Source of the DNA: Patescibacteria group bacterium UBA7435
Lineage (GTDB): Bacteria > Patescibacteriota > Minisyncoccia > Phycocordibacterales > UBA918
Reading direction: 5' to 3'
NCBI GenBank assembly: GCA_002477545.1
Contig: DLQJ01000016.1
Coordinates: 24,528 to 88,527 of the forward strand
Length of the DNA stretch: 64,000 nucleotides
The position numbers and the translations under genes were made by a program. Shown piece after piece: positions 48,116 to 57,733 of this stretch; position 1 is the first letter of the stretch, and each line of letters begins with the position of its first letter. The notes under the pieces were generated by a model. That model was not told where the DNA came from. It did not search any database and saw only the letters and a list, made by a program, of their open reading frames with translations.

Positions 48116-48526
48116 TTACCAAGGCCAAAATTCTAAAATAAAAGTACCGAGCATAATAAACAGTACGTAGAACCCTACGCGAATTGCGTAATACTGTAGT
48201 GACCGTCCTTCAAATAGAGTAGGTCCAACTGCAGAAGCAGCTACAAAAAGAGAAATCATCCCAACTGCTTGTATTGCTGTAACAGATAGTAACGGTACGT
48301 ATGCAAGAAAGTACGCAAGTAATCCAAGCATGATTGTGTAACTTACAAATGTAAGAATCATGTGCTTGATCATATGCACTTCCGCTGCTTGTATTTTTTC
48401 TTCGGTGAGACCCGTTTCTTTCATCCAGATCTTGCCAAACAACATCGGTGAATACCAAACAGTAGCCAACGCCATCATAAAGCTCGCGGTTCCCAATACT
48501 GCAAATTCGTGTATCACTTCAAACAT
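48116..48526 (-). CDS. Hypothetical integral membrane protein (DUF1761-like)
   Basis: 136 aa with 4 TM helices. Confidence 0.45.
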   Translation of the reverse strand: MFEVIHEFAVLGTASFMMALATVWYSPMLFGKIWMKETGLTEEKIQAAEVHMIKHMILTFVSYTIMLGLLAYFLAYVPLLSVTAIQAVGMISLFVAASAVGPTLFEGRSLQYYAIRVGFYVLFIMLGTFILEFWPW

Positions 48527-48560
48527 ACCTTTAGGGTTATTTCATTAATATGACTTTAGT

Positions 48561-48605
48561 ATACCAATAAAGGGCACGGCTGTAAGCCGTGCTCTTTATT
48601 GGTAT
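48561..48605 (-). terminator. Terminator hairpin downstream of rsgA
   Basis: ataccaataaagggcacggctgtaagccgtgctctttattggtat (17-bp stem, 1 mismatch). Confidence 0.55.
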
Positions 48606-48610
48606 CCCCT

Positions 48611-49576
48611 CTAGTCCCGCTTCCTCGCGTTCCTCGTCTCAGACTTCCTCGCCTGAAGCTTTACATAATTATCAAAATGCTTCTGATTTATCTCACCAGC
48701 TGTAATCGCGGTTTGTACCGCGCACCCTGCACTTTTAACATGATCACAATTAGGAAATTTACACGCGTAGGTCAAAACTTCAATATCAGCAAAGGTACCA
48801 TCGGTAATATCCTCTTCAGAAACAAACCCGAGTTCGCGCATTCCTGGTGTATCAATTAAATATCCCCCATTAGGAAGTTTAAAGAGTTCACGTGTAGTTG
48901 TTGTGTGCCGACCACGACTATCAAACGACCTAACCTCTTTCGTGTCTTGTGTTTCATTGCCTAGCAAGTGATTTGTGATAGTAGACTTCCCCGCTCCAGA
49001 AGAACCAAGCAGCACTGCCGTTATTTCATCGGTAAAGTACTCATCGAATATTTCCATCCCCGCTCCCGTTATAGCACTCACTGCATGTACAGGAGCTGTC
49101 CCTGCAACTTCAGAAACCTGTCCCACGTACAATGCGATGTTATCAACTACGTCAGATTTGTTGAGAATAATCACAGGAGTTGTATTCGCCTGTTCGGAAA
49201 GCACTAAATATCGCTCAAGACGTCGTAGATTAAAGTCATCATCAAGCCCCATCACAATAAAAACATAATCGACATTGGTAACCATTACCTGAACCGTATC
49301 ATCATGCGCGGACTTACGTTTCACTTCACTTCGACGAGGTTCAATAGATTCAATAATTGCTTTCTCATCCTCAAGTACACTAAGCACCACATAATCTCCC
49401 ACCTTAGGAAATTGTGTCGCCTCACCTTCATGAAAGTGTCCACGAATTGATGCAACATACTCCTTGGAATCCGCTACTACCACGTAGCTTGCTTTATGTT
49501 CAGTGATAACGCGTCCGCGGACTGTTTGAGGAATATCAGTCATCATTAACAGCTTAAACTTCCTCCAATAGGGCAT
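48611..49576 (-). CDS. rsgA: Ribosome small-subunit-dependent GTPase A (RsgA/YjeQ)
   Basis: Circularly permuted GTPase (LLGSSGAGKSTI), OB-fold N-terminus and C-terminal zinc cluster CKFPNCDHVKSAGC. Confidence 0.85.
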   Translation of the reverse strand: MPYWRKFKLLMMTDIPQTVRGRVITEHKASYVVVADSKEYVASIRGHFHEGEATQFPKVGDYVVLSVLEDEKAIIESIEPRRSEVKRKSAHDDTVQVMVTNVDYVFIVMGLDDDFNLRRLERYLVLSEQANTTPVIILNKSDVVDNIALYVGQVSEVAGTAPVHAVSAITGAGMEIFDEYFTDEITAVLLGSSGAGKSTITNHLLGNETQDTKEVRSFDSRGRHTTTTRELFKLPNGGYLIDTPGMRELGFVSEEDITDGTFADIEVLTYACKFPNCDHVKSAGCAVQTAITAGEINQKHFDNYVKLQARKSETRNARKRD

Positions 49577-50130
49577 GGGGATGGAATGCCATCAGACTCA
49601 GGAAGTTCACCAGGTTCCATTCCTGACACAACGTAATCCTCAACTTTTTTCTCGTCCCATTCAGTTTCGTAATTCCACATTTCCCAATCGTATCGCCACT
49701 CATTCCAGCCAACAGTCATCTCTTGCACATACACACCATTTTCCGCAAGGAAGTTTCCTGCCTTGCGTCCATTCATACATGCAGCACTGTAGCAATAAAC
49801 AATCACCTCTTTGTTTTCAGGCAATTCCTTGAAGTCAGCGAGAATAAGATCTAAGTCTCGTGAGGTATCAATGTTAATAGCACCAACAACGTGCTCACGT
49901 TCGTAGTCAGCTTCAGCTCGCACATCAACTAAAATAAAAGCATCGTCACGATGATCAATTCGTTCTCGAATATTATGCGGACTTACCAACGTCGCAACTT
50001 CAGTTGCAAAGTATTGCGCACGCAATTCATCCTGTGTCAGCGTCTTGTCATCCGAAAATTGTACATAAGATAACGCCAGTAATCCTCCCATAAGAATCCC
50101 CGCTGCAAAATGTGTATATTGTGTTTTCAT
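49546..50130 (-). CDS. Rhodanese-like sulfurtransferase, membrane-anchored
   Basis: TM anchor plus rhodanese domain with active-site Cys (IVYCYSAACMNG). Confidence 0.7.
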   Translation of the reverse strand: MKTQYTHFAAGILMGGLLALSYVQFSDDKTLTQDELRAQYFATEVATLVSPHNIRERIDHRDDAFILVDVRAEADYEREHVVGAINIDTSRDLDLILADFKELPENKEVIVYCYSAACMNGRKAGNFLAENGVYVQEMTVGWNEWRYDWEMWNYETEWDEKKVEDYVVSGMEPGELPESDGIPSPCPIGGSLSC

Positions 50131-50168
50131 AAAAGAATTATATCAAAATTACTATCCGGTTTGGAAGT

Positions 50169-50924
50169 TTATTTCAATGCTTTTGGATGTTGTGCAGACC
50201 ACTGATAGAAAGCCACCGCAGCAGAGGCTGATGCATTAAGTGATTCGCAACGTTCATGCATTGGGATACTCACGATCATGTCGCAATGTTCTTTTGTCTT
50301 CTCTCGAATACCTTCACCTTCATTACCAAGCACAAACATGGTTGGCTTTGAAAAATCCTCAGTAACCATACTTGTGTCCCCTCCTCCATCGAGTCCGTAA
50401 ATAAAGAAGCCTTCCTTCTTCATATCTTCAATAGCACGATTCACATTACCAATTTCAACCAACGGAATCTTAAATGCCATTCCTGCAGATACCTTTACCA
50501 CAGTACCGGTCACACCAGCTTGCCGGTGCTTTGGAATAAGTACTGCTGACACACCAAAGGCTGCAGCTGAACGCACCACAGCCCCTACGTTGTGCGGATC
50601 CTGTACTTCGCCAAGGACTGCTAGACAGGTGTCGTTGGTAACTTCGAGTTGTTCTCTAAACTGATCGTATGTAAGGACCAACTTCTGCCGATCAATCTTT
50701 GCGATCATTCCTTGATGAACTGCCTTGCGATCTACCTCAGGTGGGACATTGTCTCCTGAAAAAGTTTTCACAATTTCCACACGCGAAAGAAGTTCACGGG
50801 GTATTTCGTGCTTTACGTCTCCTCGAATTGATAACGAGGCAATAACATCAGGTCGAAACGTTAGTGCTTCGAGTACCGCATGCTTTCCATATATAAATAA
50901 GTATCTTTCATCCATGCACCACAC
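50169..50924 (-). CDS. TrmH/SpoU-family RNA 2'-O-methyltransferase (RlmB-like)
   Basis: SPOUT motifs (LGEVQDPHNVGAVVRSAAAFG; VLGNEGEGI). Confidence 0.8.
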   Translation of the reverse strand: MWCMDERYLFIYGKHAVLEALTFRPDVIASLSIRGDVKHEIPRELLSRVEIVKTFSGDNVPPEVDRKAVHQGMIAKIDRQKLVLTYDQFREQLEVTNDTCLAVLGEVQDPHNVGAVVRSAAAFGVSAVLIPKHRQAGVTGTVVKVSAGMAFKIPLVEIGNVNRAIEDMKKEGFFIYGLDGGGDTSMVTEDFSKPTMFVLGNEGEGIREKTKEHCDMIVSIPMHERCESLNASASAAVAFYQWSAQHPKALK

Positions 50925-50987
50925 AGTACAATAATTTGCAAAAGTAGCAAGTTTTATGGTCTAATTGGCGCACTAGATAATGACTCT

Positions 50988-51716
50988 ATGGCACGGCACG
51001 TAAAAAACAACAAAAACAAGCGACACGGTGTTGCATTCTGGGATCAGGAATACACAAACGCCGAACATCTCTCAATGTCAGTTGAGGCTGGTTCTGATTT
51101 GAAAAAATTTACCCGATGGTTAGAGCGTCAAACCAAGCGAACCTTACTGAACCCAACAAGTTCAGCAATTGACATGGGGTGTGGTAACGGCCGAAACTTA
51201 CTCTATCTTGCCAAGGAATACGGTATGCATGGTGTCGGATACGATTCTTCAAGTGCTGCTATTAAAGAAGCAAAGACAATTTCTGAAGGAACTAATCTCC
51301 GTTATGAAGTGCGCACCATGGCAGGAGCTATTACTGAGCCTGACAATTCTCAAACATTTGCTCTGGATATGATGAGCTCCCACTTCCTCAAAAAAGAGGA
51401 TCGTGCGATGCTACGTGACGAAGTACACCGAGTACTCAAACCAGGTGGTTGGTTGTTTATGAAGACGTTCCTCAAAGATGGTGACATTCACACCAAACGG
51501 CTCATTGCAGAAAAGCCGGGGACCGAAGATGGATCATACATCCATCCAGTAATTGGAGTGCAGGAATTTGCCTACGGTGAACAAGAACTTATTGAATTTC
51601 TTGAAGAGAAATTTATTGTGCACAAGGCCTACCCTTCTCACAAACACGTCTCCAAAGGTAAGGCGCTGAAGCGTCGTACTATTTCCATCTATGTGCAGAA
51701 AGATCCATTTGTATAA
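50988..51716 (+). CDS. Class I SAM-dependent methyltransferase
   Basis: Motif I DMGCGNGRN and motif post-I. Confidence 0.7.
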   Translation: MARHVKNNKNKRHGVAFWDQEYTNAEHLSMSVEAGSDLKKFTRWLERQTKRTLLNPTSSAIDMGCGNGRNLLYLAKEYGMHGVGYDSSSAAIKEAKTISEGTNLRYEVRTMAGAITEPDNSQTFALDMMSSHFLKKEDRAMLRDEVHRVLKPGGWLFMKTFLKDGDIHTKRLIAEKPGTEDGSYIHPVIGVQEFAYGEQELIEFLEEKFIVHKAYPSHKHVSKGKALKRRTISIYVQKDPFV

Positions 51717-51728
51717 AGAGCATGAAGA

Positions 51729-51764
51729 CACAAAAAATCACTGCCCGAGGGCAGTGATTTTTTG
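51729..51764. terminator. Bidirectional terminator
   Basis: acaaaaaatcactgcccgagggcagtgattttttgt. Confidence 0.65.
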
Positions 51765-51777
51765 TGTGTAACGAGGC

Positions 51778-51975
51778 TTACGCCTTAGCTACATTTGTTG
51801 CAGCAGGTCCTTTCGGTCCTTCTTCTACATCAAATGTTACAGCATCTCCATCTTGAAGGTCATTGAATTCTACATCAATAACATCCTTAGCATGGAAGAA
51901 TACGTCCTTGTCGCCTTCATCAGGTGTAATAAACCCGAATCCACGATCTGTAACGCGTGCAATTTTTCCTGTCAT
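51778..51975 (-). CDS. Cold-shock protein (CspA family)
   Basis: RNP motifs KGFGFI and VFFHA. Confidence 0.9.
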   Translation of the reverse strand: MTGKIARVTDRGFGFITPDEGDKDVFFHAKDVIDVEFNDLQDGDAVTFDVEEGPKGPAATNVAKA

Positions 51976-52092
51976 TTTGAAATGAGGATTATCTTCTAAC
52001 TACAAACCTACACTACACCGTTTCAACTTTCCTTTTGAGATTATTTCTTCGAGAGCGCGCTTTGTCCCCGACATTAAAGCACATTCAGGTAT

Positions 52093-52713
52093 TTATGCAA
52101 TAGCACTAGTGCCTTCCTCATCAGAAGCATCAAGGGCTGGCACTTCTTGTGCAATTTTCTGTAGCTGTCCATACAATGCAATTACCGTAAATGTAATCAC
52201 TAACGATCCAACAACCACACCAAGAATCAGTACAAATGCGCTCAATACCACAATCAATAGAGAAAGGAGCATGAAGCCAAATAATTTCCAACGATGCCCT
52301 TCGGTCAAGCTACTACTTGCTTTAAGCGCCTCCAAGGGTTTCATTCCCTTATCGATTACGAGCATTTCTGCAAACATCCAACGCACTGCAAGGTACACTC
52401 CTGGTACAACCAAACAGACAAGTCCAAGCATAATAAACAACCCCTTAATCAGCGCTAAGAATGCAAACGAGATCCATCGTGTGTCAGTAAGTATCATGTC
52501 ATCAAAACGAATCTTCTCTCCACGGTGATGATTAAGTAGTGCAGCGATATACCCTCCGTAGAGAATATATGCCAGCGCAGTTACCACCGCGTTCCCCAAG
52601 GAAATAGCAAAAAGTACAAAAACTCCTAATGTGATACTAAATAAATATCCCGGTCGTCGTGCAAAATCATTCCATCCACTTGCTAATGCTTCTCGTATTT
52701 TAATTTTTTCCAT
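52093..52713 (-). CDS. Hypothetical integral membrane protein
   Basis: ~206 aa with 4 TM helices; start ambiguous (52713 or 52767). Confidence 0.4.
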   Translation of the reverse strand: MEKIKIREALASGWNDFARRPGYLFSITLGVFVLFAISLGNAVVTALAYILYGGYIAALLNHHRGEKIRFDDMILTDTRWISFAFLALIKGLFIMLGLVCLVVPGVYLAVRWMFAEMLVIDKGMKPLEALKASSSLTEGHRWKLFGFMLLSLLIVVLSAFVLILGVVVGSLVITFTVIALYGQLQKIAQEVPALDASDEEGTSAIA

Positions 52714-52723
52714 AGTATTTATA

Positions 52724-53068
52724 TTATACGTCTGACCATACTGCCAACTCGTTTCCGTCAGGATCACTGAAGTGGAAACGTCTTCCTCCCGGGAAGCTGA
52801 ATATTTCTTTTACAATAACCCCTCCTGCTTTGTGTACTGATTCCAATGTTTGTGCAAGATCTTTAGAATACAGGATAACAAGAATACTTCCTTTTACTGG
52901 TTCTCCAAGGGTAAACCCTCCACTGACATGTTCCCCTTCAAAGGCAATGTATTCAGGACCCCAATCTGTAAACAACCAACCAAAACTTTCTGAATAGAAC
53001 TTTTTCGCAACACCAAGATCTTTAGAAAGAAACTCAACATATTGTATTTGTTCATGAATCATTAGCAA
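52724..53068 (-). CDS. VOC-family (glyoxalase/bleomycin-resistance fold) protein
   Basis: 114 aa; paired beta-alpha-beta-beta-beta modules, metal-ligand pattern (HVEF...E). Confidence 0.65.
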   Translation of the reverse strand: MLMIHEQIQYVEFLSKDLGVAKKFYSESFGWLFTDWGPEYIAFEGEHVSGGFTLGEPVKGSILVILYSKDLAQTLESVHKAGGVIVKEIFSFPGGRRFHFSDPDGNELAVWSDV

Positions 53069-53099
53069 AAGTATACCAAAAAATAACGATCACTTATAT

Positions 53100-53756
53100 C
53101 TATAGTCCCATTGGTGCCAGAGGATATTTTTTCATAACGTCGTTCTTAAACCAATCAGTTTCAGTAATTGTTTGTGTCCACTGCGCCACTTTTGGGAAGT
53201 CTGTAAAATCAAACTCCCCACCGCGCGTTCTCATTATCTGCCTGACAAATGGAATGATAGCAATGTCAGCCAGTGAAAGTTTTTCCCCTAAGAGATATCC
53301 TGAAGGAAGTTCGTCTTCAATTTTTTGCACCATTGTCCGCAACCCGTGCACGTGTGTACTATGCATATCTGCATCCATAACCAGATTTTTTCCATATTTA
53401 AAAAGATCAACTTGTTGTTTAAATATTGTGTCACACCAAGTAAACCAGTCGATCATCTTTACATACTCTATACTTTCAACATTGGGAGTATACGTAGGTT
53501 TTCCATCAAGAGCATTAAGCATGCGGTTTATCTCGTTAGACTCAGTGAAGACCCTCTCCGTACCTTCAGCATCAATGCCGCGCAAGATAGGAATCCGAGG
53601 ACGCTCTTTGGCGCGTGTACTCCATTCTTGCATCCAAGTGGTCCATTTTCGCAAAGGTTCTTCTACAACCTCATGCTCAATTCCCTTTAGGTATAACAAT
53701 ATCCGTACCCGTATACAAAATGGACATCGGCGGTAATTATGTAGTATATATTTCAT
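53100..53756 (-). CDS. Glutathione S-transferase-like protein (thioredoxin-like N-domain with CPFC)
   Basis: YILHNYRRCPFCIRVRILL N-terminal GST/glutaredoxin-2-like fold plus alpha-helical C-domain. Confidence 0.55.
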   Translation of the reverse strand: MKYILHNYRRCPFCIRVRILLYLKGIEHEVVEEPLRKWTTWMQEWSTRAKERPRIPILRGIDAEGTERVFTESNEINRMLNALDGKPTYTPNVESIEYVKMIDWFTWCDTIFKQQVDLFKYGKNLVMDADMHSTHVHGLRTMVQKIEDELPSGYLLGEKLSLADIAIIPFVRQIMRTRGGEFDFTDFPKVAQWTQTITETDWFKNDVMKKYPLAPMGL

Positions 53757-53757
53757 A

Positions 53758-54093
53758 TTATTCTGTATTCTGTGCAAGTGCTTCTTGAGCTAGTGCAGTC
53801 ATTTCTTCAGCATTGTCTAAAGCTTTTTCTGGCACTGACCACCAATTTTTAATAATTACTGGATCTTTTTTATCTTTACGCGTATAGGTAAATTGCGTAG
53901 AGCCCATTTTCTTATATTTATCTTGTAGCGCAGGGTCAGTCACTTTGAAATATATTGTTTCCATCAAAATAACCCCAAGTTGTACACCAGACACTTTAAG
54001 TAGTACCCCACCAAACATACGGGTAGTTTGTATAGGCCCGACAGAGGAAAGGAGGTCGAGAGTGTATTCAAGAAACTCTTTTGATGTGCTCAT
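53758..54093 (-). CDS. TfoX N-terminal domain protein
   Basis: TRMFGG motif characteristic of TfoX_N; 111 aa. Confidence 0.55.
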   Translation of the reverse strand: MSTSKEFLEYTLDLLSSVGPIQTTRMFGGVLLKVSGVQLGVILMETIYFKVTDPALQDKYKKMGSTQFTYTRKDKKDPVIIKNWWSVPEKALDNAEEMTALAQEALAQNTE

Positions 54094-54142
54094 ATAAAGT
54101 TAGTATACACAAAACACGGTCTATAGACCGTGTTTTGTTATC

Positions 54143-54634
54143 TTATTCATTTAGATACGAATCAAAATAAATCGCATGGCATGTATATCCCCCTGGATTC
54201 TTCTGCAGATAATCTTGATGATATCCTTCAGCATTCCAAAACCGAGTGTACGGTTCAAGTGTGGTGACAACAGGATCATTCCACCGCGCTGACTCATCAA
54301 CGATATCAATCATTTCTTGTGCAGCCAGTTTCTCCTCTTCAGTTTGGTAGAAGACAGCAGAACGGTACGCAGTTCCTCGATCATTCCCTTGTTGATTCAA
54401 TGTTGTTGGGTTATGAATCTGAAAGAAGAAATCTAAGATATGTTTATAGTCAGTTATTGTGTCGTCATACGTCACTTCAAGAGCTTCTGCATGTCCATTA
54501 TGATTTTCGTATGTTGGATTATCATTGTTTCCTCCCGTATAGCCAGCTTCTGTTTCGAGGATGCCGGGTTGGGTCCTTAGGAGATCTTCGAGTCCCCAGA
54601 AACATCCACCTGCGATATATGCTTTCTTTGTCAT
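54143..54634 (-). CDS. msrA: Peptide-methionine (S)-S-oxide reductase
   Basis: Active site GGCFWG. Confidence 0.9.
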   Translation of the reverse strand: MTKKAYIAGGCFWGLEDLLRTQPGILETEAGYTGGNNDNPTYENHNGHAEALEVTYDDTITDYKHILDFFFQIHNPTTLNQQGNDRGTAYRSAVFYQTEEEKLAAQEMIDIVDESARWNDPVVTTLEPYTRFWNAEGYHQDYLQKNPGGYTCHAIYFDSYLNE

Positions 54635-54635
54635 A

Positions 54636-55022
54636 CTAACTTTCTTTTAAGTCTAACGACACACTATTAATGCAATACCGATCACAGGTATTTCCATTTT
54701 TCTCTGGACCGTCCGGGAATACGTGACCTAGGTGTGCCTCACAATTCTTACATCGTACTTCAGTGCGACGCATCCCGTGACTATCATCTGAAATTAATGT
54801 CACAGCCTCAGTATTTGCAGTGTCAGTAAACGACGGCCACCCGGACTTACTGTCGAACTTCGCTTCTGAAGAAAACAAAGCGGCATCACACACTGCGCAG
54901 TGATACATACCATCAGTCTTCTCATCGACATATGCGCCTGCAAACCGTGCTTCCGTTCCATTTTCTCGAGCTACCTTGTATAGCTCCGGATTGTCTCTCT
55001 TCAATTCTGCATCAGTTTTCAT
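54636..55022 (-). CDS. msrB: Peptide-methionine (R)-S-oxide reductase
   Basis: Zn-binding CxxC pairs and catalytic RCKNCEAHLGHVF. Confidence 0.9.
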   Translation of the reverse strand: MKTDAELKRDNPELYKVARENGTEARFAGAYVDEKTDGMYHCAVCDAALFSSEAKFDSKSGWPSFTDTANTEAVTLISDDSHGMRRTEVRCKNCEAHLGHVFPDGPEKNGNTCDRYCINSVSLDLKES

Positions 55023-55112
55023 ATATGTATATGTTTATTCTTGTAATACTTATTATACGTCGATTATGAGGATATATTTCAAAGAAAATTAGAATTTTAT
55101 AGGTCAGAATGA

Positions 55113-55679
55113 TTATGTATTCTTATTTGCTCGAAATAAGTGGAGACATAAGATAATAAAGAATAAAAAGAGAACCCCTGAAAGAAACGGAAATGTTACG
55201 AACCCAAACACTTCCATAACTTTCTTTGAGCAATCAGCACTACCATCTGCCAAACATGGCAAAAGGCCGGACTCGTGCAGATCTTGTGGTAGCGATTGGT
55301 AGATGTAATGATACACGGCAACAAGTAAGCCGAAGACAGACAGCACTATTGCGTACACTGGAAAATGTTTTGTGTCTTTACGCCTGAACGCAGCCAGCGC
55401 CAAGAAAACCAATGGGTACAAAGCCACGCGCTGAAGCCAGCAAAGAGAGCACGGTATAAAACCAAACACCTCAGAGTAGAGTAAGGTTGTAACAACACCA
55501 CCAATACTTGTGAGCACCAAAATGGGCCATATGTATGGGGCAACAAATTTTTGATAGAGCTTTTGATTATTCGAAACATAATCAAAGATAAGGCCGAGTG
55601 TTAGTGCAAGGACACACAGGCCGGCGATTGCGTATAGGAGGTTTATGGTGTGAATGTTAAAAAGAAGCCAGGTAGTCAT
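55113..55679 (-). CDS. Disulfide bond formation protein B-like (DsbB/BdbC family) membrane oxidoreductase
   Basis: 4 TM helices with CSLCWLQR motif and a second Cys pair in the periplasmic loop. Confidence 0.55.
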   Translation of the reverse strand: MTTWLLFNIHTINLLYAIAGLCVLALTLGLIFDYVSNNQKLYQKFVAPYIWPILVLTSIGGVVTTLLYSEVFGFIPCSLCWLQRVALYPLVFLALAAFRRKDTKHFPVYAIVLSVFGLLVAVYHYIYQSLPQDLHESGLLPCLADGSADCSKKVMEVFGFVTFPFLSGVLFLFFIILCLHLFRANKNT

Positions 55680-55724
55680 ATTTAGATTATATCATTGTTA
55701 ACTACCTGACCAGAGGTCTCTCTC

Positions 55725-55788
55725 GTTACACGAGCAGTATAGGTTGTCGATATTTCTTGAGAAATATCAGGCAACCTTTTCGAGCCCT
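55725..55788. repeat. Small repeat family copy 1 (ttaca-N-cagta-aggttgtc-[hairpin]-aggcaaccttttcgagccct), downstream of tRNA-Gln
   Basis: 20/20 identity of the 3' block with 63590-63609; the hairpin arms differ but stay complementary (gatatttc/gaaatatc vs acgattttac/gtaaaatcgt). Confidence 0.55.
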
Positions 55789-55867
55789 GACGAAACAGTC
55801 TCCCAGACTGTTTCTGTCGCGTAGCACTAAAGTAAAAACACTCCTTGCGGAGTGTTTTTACTAAGTG

Positions 55868-55938
55868 CTACCCGACCAGGGCTCGAACCTGGATTGACTG
55901 CACCAAAAACAGTAGTCCTACCATTAGACGATCGGGTA
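55868..55938 (-). tRNA. tRNA-Gln (anticodon TTG)
   Basis: U1-A72 acceptor TACCCGA/TCGGGTA, 3-bp D-stem, anticodon loop TTTTGGT, T-arm CCAGGTTCGAGCCCTGG. Confidence 0.8.
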
Positions 55939-56012
55939 TGATCACCGGCCGCTAACCTAAATTAGAAGCTTTGTGCGCATTAGAGTACCATAATACTTTA
56001 AAAATTACAGCA

Positions 56013-57002
56013 TCACTTTCCCTGTCCCACTTGCGCATCGGGGTATTTTTTAAACATTAGGAAATGACCACCATTACCAAACAATAGGAGTAGGACTACT
56101 GCAGCAAAGTGTGGAATGTGGCCTGCTAGTTCAATTGGTCCCAGCAGGAACAACGGGATAGTGAATATGATCGCAACAATCAATGCATTGAGTCTAGTTA
56201 CTGCTCCCAAGATAAAGATGATTCCAAATAGTATCTCTACTGATCCTGCAGAAAGTACAAAAAGGTAATCTGAATACGGAAAACCTAGTACCTGCATGAA
56301 ATTCCATTGATGGAGATTGAGGAAATTAATACCAAACTCTGGTGCAAGAATTTTTTCGGATAGTCCAAGCACTACTAATGTTGCGCCAGTTCCTAAACGA
56401 AGGAACGAGAGTGCATATTCTTTAAATGCTTGCAGTTTCTCTCTAAAATATGAGAAAGAGATCAGCGAGAAGTAATCATTTCCCATTACGGCAATGAACA
56501 TTGCTGTTGAGAGAATCCAAACATCTTCCAAGGCTGCAACCCAACCTGCGAAGTAGAAGGTGCTCAGCCATACAAACCCCAAGATAAATGCTGAGGTACG
56601 CGTTGCAATTCCCAACATAAACGCAATACCAATAAAAATCTGAATGAAGATGAGCATATGCGGAATACCTACTTCATGGGTAAGGTTCGGAGAAAAGAGA
56701 TACTCATGCGTCCCTGCAATAAGCAAAAAACTTCCCGTTACCATCGCAAAAGTAGACGCAGCTCGTTCGTACGCATGACTTGCTTTGGGACGAAGAAATC
56801 CTAAGCGGAAATGGTTTCGTTGATGACAAATAATTCCTGCCAGAATCACAATAAGCATGATTGATGCCCAGACTGAAAGATACAGCAGTGTTGGTTCAGT
56901 TGTGACGTATTTTTCTAATGAAGTCTCTGCAAACCAGCGCGTATGAGCCGAGGCGAACATTGGCACAAATAGAGAGAGTGTGAGAAGTGATGCATATTTC
57001 AT
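56013..57002 (-). CDS. Hypothetical polytopic membrane protein (DoxX-like?)
   Basis: 329 aa, ~9 TM helices, signal-like N-terminus. Confidence 0.4.
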   Translation of the reverse strand: MKYASLLTLSLFVPMFASAHTRWFAETSLEKYVTTEPTLLYLSVWASIMLIVILAGIICHQRNHFRLGFLRPKASHAYERAASTFAMVTGSFLLIAGTHEYLFSPNLTHEVGIPHMLIFIQIFIGIAFMLGIATRTSAFILGFVWLSTFYFAGWVAALEDVWILSTAMFIAVMGNDYFSLISFSYFREKLQAFKEYALSFLRLGTGATLVVLGLSEKILAPEFGINFLNLHQWNFMQVLGFPYSDYLFVLSAGSVEILFGIIFILGAVTRLNALIVAIIFTIPLFLLGPIELAGHIPHFAAVVLLLLFGNGGHFLMFKKYPDAQVGQGK

Positions 57003-57109
57003 ATACCCGTAGTATCGCGCTATGTGTGAGAGCGCGCAATGTACTTTGTCCCCTTACTCATACAAAAGACCGACACCAAAGGTGTCGGTCTTTTGTATGT
57101 ACGGTGTCC

Positions 57110-57493
57110 TTAGGCTTTACTTTTCTTGAAACAATCTAAACATTTCAAATTCTCAGTACTTCGTGGTTCAAATGGCAGGCTTGTGATCGCATTTCCACAC
57201 GTTGCGCACTTCCAGTCACCAGCGATTTTTGGCTTCTCGCCTGCTGGTGCCATCTCTTCAAAATCAGGTGCTGGCGGTTGTTCTCCTGCGAGTCCTGCGT
57301 CTTCAGGAAAATCTGGTACCTCGTCTGCAGCAGGCATTGCACCATCAGGCATTTCTGCCGCAGTCCCAGCTTCTGAGTCCTTTTGTTTTCCGTAACACGC
57401 TTTGCACGTTAATCCCGATTCCCCTCTTGGCTGAAATGGTAATTCTGTAATAGCTCCCCCACATTTGCTGCATTTCCAATTTCCCTGAAACAT
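57110..57493 (-). CDS. Duplicated zinc-ribbon protein with acidic Pro/Ala-rich linker
   Basis: Two copies of G(N/D)WKC(S/A)(K/T)CG.AIT.LPF.PR....L.C..C separated by a PDGAMPAADEVPDFPEDAGLAGEQPPAPDFEE linker. Confidence 0.5.
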   Translation of the reverse strand: MFQGNWKCSKCGGAITELPFQPRGESGLTCKACYGKQKDSEAGTAAEMPDGAMPAADEVPDFPEDAGLAGEQPPAPDFEEMAPAGEKPKIAGDWKCATCGNAITSLPFEPRSTENLKCLDCFKKSKA

Positions 57494-57600
57494 AAATTTA
57501 GTCCTTAGTTGTTAGCTTTTAGTCCTTAGATGAACAGTATACACCAACCGAGATAAACAGAAAATGATCCCTTTAAGCAACAAGTATATCTTTCTTACTT

Positions 57601-57730
57601 ATCTAAGTAAGAGAATTGTGTGAGACGCAAGGAAGACAAGAAAAAAGAGCCGAGCCGTACTTAACGTACGGTGAGGCCCTTTTTCTCGTAGTCTAACGAA
57701 GTAGATTGCGTGACTCTGTTACTTAGAGAT
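57601..57730. repeat. MITE-like intergenic repeat, copy B, abutting the pyrG stop codon
   Basis: TIRs atctaagtaagag / ctctgttacttagagat; shares gaagacaagaaaaaaga and gattgcgtga blocks with copy A; internal hairpin ccgtacttaacgtacgg plus T-run. Confidence 0.55.
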
Positions 57731-57733
57731 GAT

